A stretch of DNA of 64,000 bases from Heterodontus francisci (Eukaryota): the NCBI RefSeq assembly GCF_036365525.1, contig NC_090404.1, positions 4,588,001 through 4,652,000 on the forward strand, given 5' to 3'. Positions 12,460 through 24,719 of this stretch are shown here, piece after piece. How positions within the stretch are numbered: the first letter of the stretch is position 1; each line of letters starts with the position of its first letter. The notes under the pieces are model-generated. The model saw nothing but the letters and a program-made list of their open reading frames with translations. It was not told the origin of the DNA and made no database searches. The position numbers and the translations under genes were made by a program.

Positions 12460-14275
12460 TGGATAGAGTGGAACCAGTGGATGGAGCTTACTTAGGTTTC
12501 CAGAAGGCATTTGATAAGGTGCCACATCAAAGGTTATTGCAGAAAATAAAAGCTCATGGTGTAGGGGGTAACATATTGACATGGACAGAAGATTGGTTAG
12601 CTAACAGCAACAGAGAGTATGCATAAATAGGTCAGTTTCTGAATGGCAAGATGTAACGAGTGGTGTGTCACAGGGATCTGTGCTGGGGCCTCAACTTTTT
12701 ACAATTTATATAAATGACTTAGATGAAGGGACCGAAGGTATGGTTGATAAACTTGCTGATGACACAAAAATGGCTGGAAAGTAACTTGCGAAGAGGACAT
12801 AAAAATGCGACAAAGGGATGAAGATAGGTTAAGTGAGTGGGCAAAGATCTGGAAAAGTGAGTATAATGTGGGAAAGTGTGAGATTGTCCTCTTTGGCAGG
12901 AAGAATAAAAAAGAAGCATGTTATCTAAATGGTGAGAGATTTCCGAGCTGTGAGATGCAGAGGGATCTGGGTGCCCTAGTGCATGAATCGCAAAAGGTTA
13001 GTATGCAGATACAGCACATAATTAGGAAAGCTAATAGAATGTTATCGTTTAATTGAATACAAAAGTAAGCAGGTTATGCTTCAGCTATAAAGGACGTTGG
13101 CGTGACCACATCTGGATTACTGTGTACAGTACTGGTTCCTCATTTAAGGAAGGATGTAAATACGTTGGAGGCAGTAGAGAGATGGTTTCCGAGACAAATA
13201 CCATGAATGGATGGGCTTTCTTACCAGGAAAGGTCCTGGGGAAAATTGATATACTGAGAGATTTGGGTGTTCAGGTCTATTGTTCCCTGAAGGAGGCAAC
13301 GCAGGTCAATAGAGTGGTCAAGAAGGCATACGGCATGCTTTCCTTCATCGGACGGGGTATTGAGTACAAGAGTTGGCAGGTCATGTTACAGTTGGATAAG
13401 AGTTTGGTTCTGCCACATTTGGAATACTGCGTGCAGTTCTGGTCGCCACATTACCAAAAGGATGTAGATGCTTTGGAGAGGGTGCAGAGGAGGTTCACCA
13501 GGATGTTGCCTGGTATGGAGGGCGCTAGCTATGAAGAGAGGTTGAGTAGATTGGGATTATTTTCATTAGAAAGACGGAGGTTGAGGGAGGACCTGATTGA
13601 GGTGTACAAAATCATGAGAGGTATAGACAGGGTGGATAGCAAGAAGCTTTTTCCCAGAGTGGGGGATTCAATTACTTGGGGTCGCGAGTTCAAAGTGAGA
13701 GGGGAAAAGTTTAGGGGGGATATGCGTGGAAAGTTCTTTACGCAGAGGGTGGTGGGTGCCTGGAACGGGTTGCCAGCGGAGGTGGTAGACGCGGGCACAG
13801 TAGCATCTTTTAAGATGTATCTAGACAGATACATGAATGGGCAGGAAGCAAAGAGATACAGACCCTTAGAAAATAGGCGACATGTTTAGATAGAGGATCT
13901 GGATCGGCGCAGGCTTGGAGGGCCGAAGGGCCTGTTCCCATGCTGTAATTTTCTTTGTTCTTTGTTCTTTGAAAGATAGGATAAGGTCGGCTTGCATCCG
14001 CTGGAATTTAGAGGAGTAAGAGGCGACTTGATTGAAACATATAATATCTTGAGGGGGCTTGACAGGGTGGATGTGGAAAGGATGCTTCCCCTAGTGGGAG
14101 AATCTCGAACTGTCACTGTTTAAAATTAAGGTGTCGCCCATTTAAGACCGAGATGAGGAGAATTTTTTTCTCTCAGAGGGTCGGCAGTCTTTGGATTCCT
14201 CTTCCTCAAAAGGCAGTGGAAGCAGAGTCTTTGAATATTATTAAGGTACAGTTAGATATTTTATTTATTTTCATC
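12460..14275 (+). mobile_element. CR1 LINE RT/3' region with a younger CR1 3' segment nested at ~13232-13965
   Basis: FQKAFDKVPH, ADDTK and DLGALVH motifs. The nested copy reads HLEYCVQFWSP...KFFTQRVVGAWN with the tail GGCCGAAGGGCCTGTT. Confidence 0.85.
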
Positions 14276-14546
14276 ATTCGTTTTTTAACCATGTGTCTGC
14301 CCACTTTTTGTTCGTGTTTGTGCTTTTGGCTTGGGCTGTTCATTATTCTGTCATTTATTATCCTCTCTGCACTAATGCTTCGTCCTTCACCACACGATTG
14401 GCACTCTCTTTGCCTTTGCCTTTGCCCCATGACCTCCTTGTCTGTTAATCGCTGACCATCTGTCCTATCAACACTTTCCCTTTTGTTCCCTTTACCCCCA
14501 ACCCCGCTTTATTTGTATCGAAGCTATTACATTTCTAAACTTTGCC

Positions 14547-14583
14547 AATTCTGATGAATTGTCAGTGACATGAAACGTTAACT
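14547..14583 (+). ncRNA. Minimal (Penelope-type) hammerhead ribozyme core
   Basis: AATT-CTGATGA-[ATTGTCAGTGACAT stem II]-GAAA-CGTT-AACT within a PLE terminal repeat. Stem III is the palindrome ACGT; stem I has one mismatch. Confidence 0.55.
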
Positions 14584-14822
14584 CTGCTTCTCTCTCCACA
14601 GATGCTGAGTGTTTCCATCACGTTTTATTTTTATTAATGTTTTTGTGTCCAGCTCTTACTGACCCTCCCTCACACGGGCAACAGTTTCTCGTTATTCACT
14701 CTATCAAAATCCATTTTTTTTCAAATGTCACTCAGTGATCTTTTATTCTTTAAATTTTATCCTGCTTTTGTTGGGATTTACTATTCACACATTCTCTAAA
14801 TGTTTCTCTCTCGATCCTGCAG

Positions 14823-15167
14823 AGAGCGGCCTTGAAGGCATCACTCATCAACCAAAAGAAGATGTGACAGCTCGGGGAGGAGTGATCTGCACCATGACCA
14901 GCTCCTATACTGAGGTGACGAGAGTTTGCCTGGACTGGTACCGGGATGGTCTCTCCGTGGATCCGGAGAAATTCTCATCCGCTGCACCGATGGGTTCATT
15001 GACAATTCGTCTTTTGCAAGCCGGCGCTTCACCACATCTTTGGTCAAAAAATACACGGCCGTCAGTGAAACAGTTTCACAGGTGACAGCTGCCGATACCA
15101 GGAAATACTTCTGAGTCTTAACACCGCACACAGCCGTGTAGGTTGGGAAAGAGCCGATACATAAACT
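14823..15167 (+). pseudogene. TCR delta-like V pseudogene 5 with extra CDR1 cysteine (V exon 14823-15128, 23-RSS 15129-15167)
   Basis: Acceptor CCTGCAG. Translation SGLEGITHQPKEDVTARGGVICTMTSSYTEVTRVCLDWYRDG.../EILIRCTDGFIDNSSFASRRFTTSLVKKYTAVSETVSQVTAADTRKYF*, with the second Cys replaced by TGA (15112) and a frameshift near 14968. RSS CACAGCC-23-ACATAAACT. Confidence 0.8.
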
Positions 15168-15529
15168 GAAGATGTTATGACACGAATACTGTGTCAGTGA
15201 ACTCCCAGTATCATTGTATTTCATGGTCGCGACGGAGTGCAATGCTCTACTGGAGAAGTGTAACAACTCTTTCATCCATTTTTCCCTCAGTGTATCATAA
15301 ACGGACAGATTGACAATTTTATCGAACATTGTGCACCCAAAGGATTTTATTTTTGTTGACCACAAATTACAGATATCTCAAAAACACTTGGACTCCCAAA
15401 TTCCTTCATTCATCCACAAGAGTCAGCGTCTGAGTCAATGACACCATTTCTGGCACAGAATTTCACATTCATACTTCTTACTTTGTGATAAACTTCCTTT
15501 TATTTAAAAGTCAATCTTCTGCTGTTTGA

Positions 15530-15915
15530 AAGCTCACACTATTGGCTATCTTTATTGTCGCTGGTTCCACAGGGAAAAGCAGAGTTTCTTCTTTGCTTTG
15601 CATAGTTACAGTCCATTTTACCAGATTGTGTTGATGAGCGGTCACCTCCTCCTGGGAATGCCCCGTCCATCCACCCCCAACACCTTGGATTCAGTCTCCA
15701 AACCTCTCAGTCATTCTCTCCGCTCAACAGGACACCTGTCGGGACCCAGGAAGCTCCCGGCAGAAAGGAGGTTCTGTTTGGAATGACTCCATTAATGACT
15801 GGGCAGTGGAGGGCTGAAGCTCCCACAATTCACAGCAGCTAGCAAACGCCTGGGATGTCGCTGACAGTGACGTTTCAGTCAATGATATCGCATTTGCGAA
15901 TGTGTGGGTCGTGAG
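15530..15915 (+). pseudogene. Possible highly decayed V relic (leader-like exon 15530-15572, acceptor at 15730)
   Basis: KLTLLAIFIVAGST followed by GG instead of GT; TATTTAAA at 15501; polypyrimidine-CAG acceptor. Only fragments (QKGGSV, SLTV, VSVND) follow, too short for a V, and there is no RSS. Confidence 0.3.
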
Positions 15916-15954
15916 CCATCTGACATCAGCAAACAAGACCTTCAAGTTTTTGAA

Positions 15955-16878
15955 AGCAAGAAATGCTGGAAATACTCAGTAGGTCTGGCAGCATCTGTGG
16001 AGAAGAAGCAGAGTTGATGTTCACTGGAACGGACAGAGATGTGAGCTTGAGAGCGGGGGGACTGTTGAAATGGCAAGCAACCGGAAGCTCGGGGTCATGC
16101 TTTCGGATTGGGCGGAGGTGTTCCGCAACGTGGGCACCCAGTTTGCATTTGGTCTCCCCAGTGTAGAGGAGACCATATTGTGAGCAGCGAATACAGTATA
16201 CTACAGTGAAAGAAGTATGAGTAAATCGTTGGTTCACCTGAAATGAGTGTTTGGGGCCTTGGATAGTGAGGAGAGAGGAGGTAAAGGGGCAGGTATTACA
16301 CCTCCTGCGATTGCAGGGGAAGGTGCCTTGGGAAAGGGACGAGGTGGAGTGGGTAATGGAGGAGTGGACCAGGGTGTCGCGGAGGGAATGATCCCTTCAG
16401 AATGCAGACATGGGAAGGGAGGGGAAGATGCATTTGGTAGTGGCATCACGCTGGACGTGGCGTAAATGGCGCTGGATGATCCCTTTGAATATGGAGACTG
16501 ATGGGGTGGAAAATGAGGACAAGGGGAACCCTGTCGCGGTTCTGAGAGGGGGGGAAGGAGTGAGGGTAGAGGTGCAGGAAATGGGCCGGACATGTTTGAG
16601 GGTCCTGTCAACCACAGAGGGGGGAAATTCTTGGTTGAGGAAAAGGAGAAGTCATATCAGAAGCGCTGTCATGGAAGGTAGCATCATCACAGCAGGTCCA
16701 TCGGAGACAGAGAAAGTGGGAGAATGGAATGGAGTCCTTACAGGAGGCTAGGTGTGATGAAGTCTAGTCAAGGTGGCTGTGGGAGTCGGTGGGCTTATAA
16801 TGGATATTAGCAGACAGCCTATCCCCAAAGATGGAGACGGAGAAGTCGAGGAAGGGAAGGGCAGTGTCGAAGATGGAT
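15955..16878 (-). mobile_element. Penelope-like element (RT C-terminus and GIY-YIG)
   Basis: LPFLDFSVSI..IHYKPTDSHSHLD and VVYCIRCSQYGLLYTGETK..EHLR. Confidence 0.8.
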
Positions 16879-16879
16879 G

Positions 16880-17075
16880 GTTTCCCATGATATTTCCTGA
16901 ATCTGTAACTCTGCAATGCAGGAGAATCTCTGACGGAGCAGAAATACAAATCCCACTCCCCCTCCTCTGCTGATCCAACCAATGACAAGAATGGACCCGC
17001 GGCAGCACTCCCTCCAATAACACAATCGGGTCAGAGCAAGAGCAGCAAACGGAAGTTGTGGGCGAGGATGCCGCA
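16880..17075 (-). promoter_or_regulatory. Orphan V promoter and first codons (ATG GGA AAC at 16888), gene body missing
   Basis: Collinear similarity to 5431-5630 (TCTGTAACTCTGCA, CCCACT, TCAGAGC, GGGCG..TGCCGC); contains CCAAT and CGGAAGT. Confidence 0.5.
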
Positions 17076-17644
17076 GACTCAAAATTTGAGTGAAGTGTGA
17101 GGCGACACTCTGCTGCACTCGGAACTGATTGAGCGGGAATAGTGTCTGTTGAATCTCCAGAATTCTGTGGCTATTCTCCACCTGCTTACTGTTCAGTTGA
17201 CTGGGAAATTTAGAGTGGAGGGAGAATGAAGGTACCAGAATAATAGAATCTGAGAGCACAGAGTGAGGCCATTCGGCCTATACTCCCGATGCCTCTTTGG
17301 AAGAGTTCACTAATTCATACCTCACCCCCTACATTTTTCACATTGTCCTGTTTTGTTGTGCATTTTCAAGTATATATAGAATTCCCTTTCGAAAATTACT
17401 GTTCAATCTGCTTCCACCACCCTTTCAAGCAGTACATTCCAAATCTTAACAAATCACCGTGTATTAAATATAACTCAATTTTCCCTGTCATTTTTCAACA
17501 ACTCTTTTAAATTGGAGTCCTTGGGATACACAATTTTATGCCAGTAGAAACAGTTACGTGCAATCTACTCTCTACTGATATATGGAGAACAATCCCAGCT
17601 TTCTCTCGTCCCTCTGCATAAAAGTTCATCATTTTACTTATTCT

Positions 17645-18760
17645 TTAATCGGAGGTGGGCATCTCTGGTGAGGTCAGTATTTAATACCTGTCTCTACTTG
17701 CCTTTGATAAGGTGGTGGTGAGCTGCCTTCTTGAACTACCGCAGTCCTGGGGGTGCTGGGTCACCCACAGTGCTATTAGGAAGGGAGCTCCAGGATTTTG
17801 ACCCAGCAACAGTGAAGGAACAGCGCTTTAGTTTCAAGTCAGGATGGTGTGTGGTTTGGAGGGGAACTTGCAGCTGCTGGCGTTCCTAAGTTTCTACCGT
17901 TCTTGTCCTTCTAGGTGTTAGAGATCACGGGAATGGAAGGTACTGTCCAAGGCGTCTTGGTGCGTTGCTGCAGTGCATCTTGTAGATGGTACACACTGCT
18001 GCTACTGTGTGTGGGTGGTGGAGTGAGTGAATGCTGAAGGTTGTGGATGTGATGCCGATCAAGCGGGCTGCATTCTCCTGGATGGTGTCGAGCTTCCTGA
18101 CTGTTGTTGGAGCTGCACGCATACAGGCAAATGGAGGGTATTCCATCACACTCCTGACTTATGCATGTAGGTGGAGGACAGGCTTTGTGGAGACAGTAAG
18201 TTAGTCACTCGCCGCAGAATTCCTAGCCTCTGACCTGCTCTAGTAGCCATAGTACTTTTATGGCTGGTCCAACTCAGTTTCTGGTCAATGATAACCTGCA
18301 GAATTAGGTACGTGGGGGATTCAGCAATGGCAATGGTATTGTACATCAAGGGAAGATGGTTCGATTCTCTTTTGTTTGAGATGGTCATTGCCTGGCACCT
18401 GCGTTGTGTGAAGTTTACCTGCCACTTATCAGCCCAAGCCTGGATGTTGTCCAGTTCTTGCTGCATCTGGATACGGACTGCCACGAATGGTGCTGAACAT
18501 TGTGCAATCCTCAGCGAATATACCAATTCTGACCTTATTATTGAAGGAAGGTCATTGACGAAGCAGCTGAGGATGGTCTTTCCTCGGACACTACCCTGAG
18601 GAACCCATGCAGTGATGTCCTGGGACTGCGATGATTGACCTCCAACAACCACAACCATCTTCATTTGTCCAGGTATGACTCCAACCAGCGGAAATGTTCC
18701 CCCTTGATTCTCATGGACACCCGTTTTGCTCAGGCTCCTTGATGCTATACTCCTGCTACC
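17645..18760 (-). mobile_element. CR1/L2-clade LINE 3' part, same family as 258-1620
   Basis: ORFs 18146-18844 and 17925-18149 (VPQGSV, LDNIQAWADKWQV, AGQRLGILRRV). Confidence 0.8.
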
Positions 18761-18974
18761 ATTTTGGTTTACTTCCTCTGCACTCGCTTCAATGTCTTGA
18801 GATTCTTTTTCAATCGTGGGGACAGCTGTTAAGCTAACAGGCATATAATTTCCTGCTGTCTGTCACACCACTTTTTGCGAGTTTTCAATCCTCTCGGAGG
18901 TTTCCAGAATCTAGGGTATTTTGGGAGATTGCAACCAATACATCCACTATCTCTACAGTGACTTCTTTTAAAGG

Positions 18975-19125
18975 GAGATGGAATGGAGCAAGGTGAGGGG
19001 ATCCCTCGGCTGATGTTCAGTGAGTTCAGGAAGATGGTATCAGAGGGAATGGAGCAGGGAGAGAAGATTCCTGGGGTGATCTTCAGTGAGTTCAAGGAGA
19101 TGGTGTAAGAGGGAATAGAGCAGAA
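18975..19125. repeat. Short tandem repeat, ~66-bp unit, ~2.3 copies
   Basis: TTCAGTGAGTTCA at 19016 and 19082; GGAATGGAGCA-like motif repeated. Confidence 0.6.
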
Positions 19126-19439
19126 CAAAGAGGAAGTTCATCTGAGGCGGGGGGGCGGGGGGGGGGGGTGGGGGTGGTTGCGGATTGCAAATAACGAGGT
19201 ATAGTAGAAATGATGGAGGCAGTGATTCAACATGTGCATAACAGAAAAGTGGACACTGTGTGTGTATCTGACAGAACAGGTGGACAGTGTGGTTTGTGTA
19301 TATAACAGTAAATTTGAAGTTAGAGTCTATGTGTCAGATAGGCCTCAGAATCCGGGGCTCATTCCGACCGTTTGTCCTCCCTCTTGTGTCTACCAGATCC
19401 CAGGCTCTGGGAGTCATCCGAGCAAATAACTTGATTAAA

Positions 19440-22400
19440 ATTCATTGAAACCCTAATTAACTAATTAATTAATAAATAGAGGAGCAACTACACCGAAGGG
19501 AGGAGATTACAGCATTTAATATTTATAGTAGAAATCTAGCGCTAGGGACCATATAGTTAATTGTAACTTTATTTAGTAAGGATTTAATAAGTATTTCTTT
19601 TAAATTAATTTATTAATTAGTGCTAGAAATGTCTGTTAGAGGTGTAAAGTGCTTCATTGTGAGATGTGGGAGGTCCGTGACACTTCCAGCATTGCGGACA
19701 ACGTCATCTGCAAGAAGTGTACCCAATTGCAGCTCGTCACAGACCGCATGGATCGGTTGGAGCAGCAATTGGATGCGATTAGGAGCATGCAAGTGGTGGA
19801 TAGCATCATAGACAGGAGTTTTAGAGACGTGGGTACACCCAAGGTGCATGCAGATGGATGGGTGACCGCTAGAAGGGGCAGGCAGTTAGTGCAGGAATCC
19901 CCTGTGGCTGTCCACCTCTCTAACAAGTATACCGTTTTGGATACTGTTGGGAGGGATGGCCTATCAGGGGAAAACAACAGCAGCAGCCACAGCAGTGGCA
20001 CCACGGCTGGGACTGTTGTTCAACAGGGAGTGACAAAGCGCAGAAGAGCATTAATTCTTGGGTACTCTATAGTCAGGGGCACGGATAGGCACTTCTGAGG
20101 ACGTGAACGAGACTCTCGGATCGTATACTGCCTTCCTGGTGCCAGGGTCAAGGATGTCTCTGAACGGGCAGGGGGCATTCTGAAGGGGAGGGTGAACAGC
20201 CAGAGTTTGTGGTACACATTGGTACCAACGACATAGGCAGGAAGAATGACGGGGTTCTGCAGCAGGAATTCCGGGAGTTAGGTAGTAAGTTAAAAAACAG
20301 GACCTCTAGGGTTGTAATCTCGGGATTACTCCCTGTGCCACGTGCCAATGAGACTGGAAATAAGAAGATAGTGCAGCTGAACACGTGGCTAAACAGCTGG
20401 TGGAGGAGGGAGGGTTTCAGATATCTGGATCATTGGGGTCTCTTCCGGGGCAGGTGGGACCTGTACAAGAAGGATGGGTTGCATCTAAACTGGAGGGGCA
20501 CAAATGTCCTGGCCCCGACTTTTGTTAGCGTCACTCGGGAGGGTTTAAACTCGTGTGGCAGGGGGGTGGGAACAAGAGCAGTTGGTCAGCAGGTGAAACA
20601 ACTGAGGGGGAACTAGTAAATAAGGCCAGTAAGACTGAGAGGAAGAGCAGGCAGGGAGATGTTGCTGAGCACTGCGGGACTGGTGGTCTGAAGTGCATTT
20701 GTTTCAATGCGAGAAGTATAACAGGTAAGGCAGATGAAATTAAAGCTTGGATTAGTACTTGATGTTGTTGCTATTACAGAGATTTGGTTGAGGGAAGGGC
20801 AGGATTGGCAGCTAAATGTTCCAGGATTTAGAAGCTTCAGGCGGGATAGAGGGGGGTGTAAAAGGGGTGGGGGAATTGCATTACTGGTTAAGGAGAATAT
20901 CACAGCTGTACTGCGGGAGGACACCTAAGAAATACCTCGGCAGCGAGGCAATATGTAGAGCTCAGGAATAGGACGGGTGCAGTCACAATGTTGGGAGTTT
21001 ACTACAGGCCTCCCAACAGCCAGCGGGAGAGAGAGAAACATATATGTAGATAGATTTTGGAAAGATGTAAAAGCAACAGGTTTGTTGTGGTCGGTAATTT
21101 AAACTTCCCCTGTATTGACTGGGACTCAATTAGTGCTAGGGGCTTGGATGGGGCAGAATTTGGAAGGAGCATCCAGGGGGGCTTCTTGAAACAATGTGTA
21201 GATTGTCCAACTAGGGAAGGGGCCGTACTGTACCTGGTATTGGGGAATGAGCCCAGCCAGGTGGTCGATGTTTCTGTAAGGGAGCATTTCCGGAACGGTA
21301 GCCATAATTCCGTAAGTTTTAAGGTACTTGTGGATGAGGATAAGAGTAGTCCTCCGGTGAAGGTGCTAAATTGGAGGAAGGCTAATTATAACAATATTAG
21401 GCAGGAACTGAAGAATTTAGATTGGGGGCGGCTGTTTGAGGGTCAATCAACATCTGACATGTGGGAGTCTTTCAAACGTCAGTTGATTAGAATCCAGGAC
21501 CGGCATGTTCCTGTGAGGATGAAAGATAAGATAGGCAAGTTTCGGGTACCTTGGATAACGAGGGATATTGTGAGCCTAGTGAAAAAGTAAAAGGAAGCAT
21601 TCGTAAGGGCGAGAAGGCTGGGAACATACGAAGCCCTTGAGGAATATAACGAAAGTAGAAAGCAACTTAAGCAAGGAATCAGGAGGGTTAAAAGCGGTCA
21701 TGAAAAGTCTTTGACAAACAGGATTAAGGAGAATCCCAAGGCTTTATATACGTATATAAAGAACAAGAGGGTAGCCAGGGTAAGGGTTGGTCCACTCAAG
21801 GACAGAGGAGGAAACCTATGCATGGAGTCTCAGGAAGTGTGCGAGGTACTAAATGAGTACTTTGTATCAGTATTCACCCAAGAGAAGGACTTGGTGGATG
21901 ATGAGTCCGGGGAAGGGAGTGTAGATAGTCTGGGTCATGTCGATATCAAAAAGGAGGTGTCTTGAAAAACATTAAGATAGAGATGTCCCCAGGGCCTGAT
22001 GGGATCTACCCCAGAATACTGAGGGAGGCAAGGGAGGAAATTTCTGGAGCCTTGACAGAAATCTTTGTATTCTCATTGGCTACAGGTGAGATCCCAGAGG
22101 ACAGGAAAATAGCCAATGTTGTTCCTTTGTTTTAGAAGGGTGGTAAGGATAATCCAGGAAATTAGAGGCCGGTGAGCCTTACGTCAACGGTAGGGAAATT
22201 ATAAGAGAGGATTCTTCGGGACAGAATTTATTCCCATTTGGAAACAAATGGACTTATTAGCGAGAGGCAGCATGGCTTTGTGAAAGAGAGGTCGTGTCTC
22301 ACTAACTTGATCGTGTTGTTTGAGGAAGTGACGAAGATGATTGATGAAGGAAGGGCAGTGGAAGTTGTCTACATGGACTTCAGTAAAGCCTTTGACAAGG

Positions 22401-23485
22401 TCCTTCATGGAAGATTGCTACAAAAGGTGAAGTTACACGGGATCAGAGGTGAGCTGGCAAGATGGATGCAGAACTGGCTCGGTCATAGAAGACAGAGTGA
22501 AGCAGTGGAAGGGTGCTTTTCTGAATGGAGGACTGTGACTAATGGTGTTTTACAGGGATCAGTGCTGGGACCTTTGCTGTTTGCAGTATATGTAAATGAT
22601 TTGGAGGGAAATGTAGCAGGTCTGATTAGTAAGTTTGCGGACGACGCAAAGGTTGGTGGAGTTGAGGATAGTGATGAGGATTGTCAGAGGATACAGCAGG
22701 ATATTGATTGGTTGGAGACATAGGCAGAGAAATGGCAGTTGGAGTTTAATCTGGACAAATGTGAGGTAATGCATTTTGGAAGGTCTAATACAAGTGGGAA
22801 GTATACAGCAATGGCAGAACCCTTAGGAGTATTGACAGGCAGAGCGATCTGGGCGTACAGGTCCAAAGATCACTGAAAGTGGCAACGCAGGTGGATAAGG
22901 TAGTCAAGAAGGCATATGGCATGCTTGCCTTCATCGGTTGGGGCATAGAGTATAAAAATTGGCAAGTTATGCTGCAGCTGTACAGACCCTCAGTTAGGCC
23001 ACACTTGGAATATTGCATTCAATTCTGGTCGCCATACCACCAGAAGCATGTGGAGGCTTTGGAGAGGCTACAGAAGCGGTTTGCCAGGATGTTGCCTGGT
23101 CAGGAGGGTATTAGCTACCAGGAGAGGTTGGATAAACTCGAATTGTTTTCAACGGAACGACGGAGGTGGAGGGGTGACATGATAGAGGTTTACAAAGTTA
23201 TGAATTGCATGGACAGAGTGCTTAGTCGGAAGGTTTTTCCCAGGGTGGAAAAGACAGTTACTAGACGACATAGGGTTAAGGTGCGAGGGGCAAAGTTTAA
23301 AGGGGATGTGCGAGGCAAGTTCTTTACACAGAGGGTGGTGAGTGCCTGGAACCTGCTGCCGGGGGAGGTGGTGGAAGCAGGTACGATAGTCGCGTTTAAG
23401 AGGCATCTTGACAAATGCACGAATAGGATGGGAATAGAGGGATACGGTCCCCGGATGTGCAGAAGGTTTTAGTTTAGACAGGCAT
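19440..23485 (+). mobile_element. Near full-length CR1 LINE (ORF1 zinc finger/coiled coil plus SGNH esterase; ORF2 APE endonuclease plus RT), disabled
   Basis: CEMWE..CKKC, G.SIVRG..CLPGA..HIGTND, FNARSI, YYRPP, GFVK.RSCLTNL, YMDFSKAFDKV, FADD, FTQRVVSAWN. Multiple stops and frameshifts. Confidence 0.92.
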
Positions 23486-23749
23486 TGTTCATTGTTCTTT
23501 GAATTGTGCCTCCTTCTTTGTCTAATATGCTTCAGGATTAGGAAGTCATTCCCAGGGGTTGTCCTCTCTGATGTATTAGATAGTCCCTTGGATGTGGACT
23601 CATTCATCGTGTTTTTGCTCCCTTTTGTGGGAGATGGACCCCAGGCTCTTGGAATAATTCCCAGCATTTATTCTTAATGGTCTATCGTTCCAGATATTCA
23701 TTAGTCTTGAGGAATCATTCCCAGCGTTTATTGTCTCTCATGTCTGTGT

Positions 23750-23935
23750 TATATTTCTAACCTGGTCTGTGCCTGCCCTGGGAGCGTTTGCTGGTGCAGT
23801 GCAGAGGGAGCTTTACTGTGTATCTAACCCGTGCTGTGCCTGCACTGAGAGTGTGTGTTGTGGCAGGGTGAAGGGAGCTGTACTCTGCATTATCCCGTGC
23901 ACGACCTATTCTGGGAGTGTTTGATGGACAGAATT
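23750..23935. repeat. Degenerate ~65-bp tandem repeat common in shark DNA
   Basis: AGAGGGAGCTTTACTGTGTATCTAACCCGTGCTGT..GGGAGTGTTTGATGG; reverse-complement copies at 34690-35090. Confidence 0.6.
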
Positions 23936-24113
23936 CTTTCATATACTATACTGTATCAGCCTATGATGGAGCAGGACGCTGCTCTTTAATGCAACGTGGC
24001 ACCTGACTGTGACAGACTATAAGATGGGAGGTGCTCCTCTTCGCTGTGCGGCCATTCTGTCCCTGGGCATTGGCATTTTGAGGCAGAAGGAAAGGTGTCT
24101 TTATTCTGATGGG

Positions 24114-24128
24114 CCACTGGATGGCGCA
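24114..24128 (+). promoter_or_regulatory. Candidate CTCF site just 3' of the IgM cluster
   Basis: GGCCACTGGATGGCGCA, one mismatch to the CTCF core, ~170 bp beyond the distal membrane polyA signal. Confidence 0.5.
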
Positions 24129-24295
24129 GCAGCACCGTCACCGAAAGACTTTTGGTTCAAACACAAACCAGACAGGACTGGTGGAAAATAGCTGTCAGGA
24201 AAAGGAAAAATGTGTAATCGGTAAAATGGAGTGTGTGAATGGGCCTTGGAGCAAGGAATTCAGCAAAGTCAAGTTAGTCCATTTGTTACTCAAGA

Positions 24296-24499
24296 TTTAT
24301 TAACAATTTCAAAAAAAACATTTTACAGAAACATTCTTAAAGGGTCCAAAGTGAATTTAACACCTGTGAGTCACATTGAGGACAAAACACATGCGATCTG
24401 AGCTGTAGACTACTTCTAAAATTGTTACAGATCAGAGAGAAAACAGGGGCTCAACATAAAGAGAAGGAAACAGTTGCGAATAAGGAATAGTTATTTATT
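24296..24499 (-). terminator. Candidate polyA signals for membrane IgM mRNA
   Basis: AATAAA on the minus strand at 24494-24499 and 24296-24301, downstream of TM2. Confidence 0.55.
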
Positions 24500-24719
24500 T
24501 ACAGATGAAATTCAAACTATTGTGAAACGCGAAGGCGCATAGACATTATAGGTAAGATTATCTGACACAATTCAAAGAGAAAAACGGAAACAATGTTTAT
24601 GATCTTCTCAGCTACAGATTCTGAACCATAAACTGACGGCAATTTACTTTTACAGTTTGTTTGATAATACAGAAATGTTAAAAAATAAGGAAAATCCATG
24701 GCGGCCGAAATTCGATCGA

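Noticed and set aside
14735-14822. Hydrophobic in-frame stretch (IFYSLNFILLLLGF) that looks like a fused leader
   Set aside because: Starts at GTG with no ATG; explained by a T-rich intron ending in a good acceptor.
19147-19180. G-run with G-quadruplex potential
   Set aside because: Simple homopolymer tract among repeats with no functional context.
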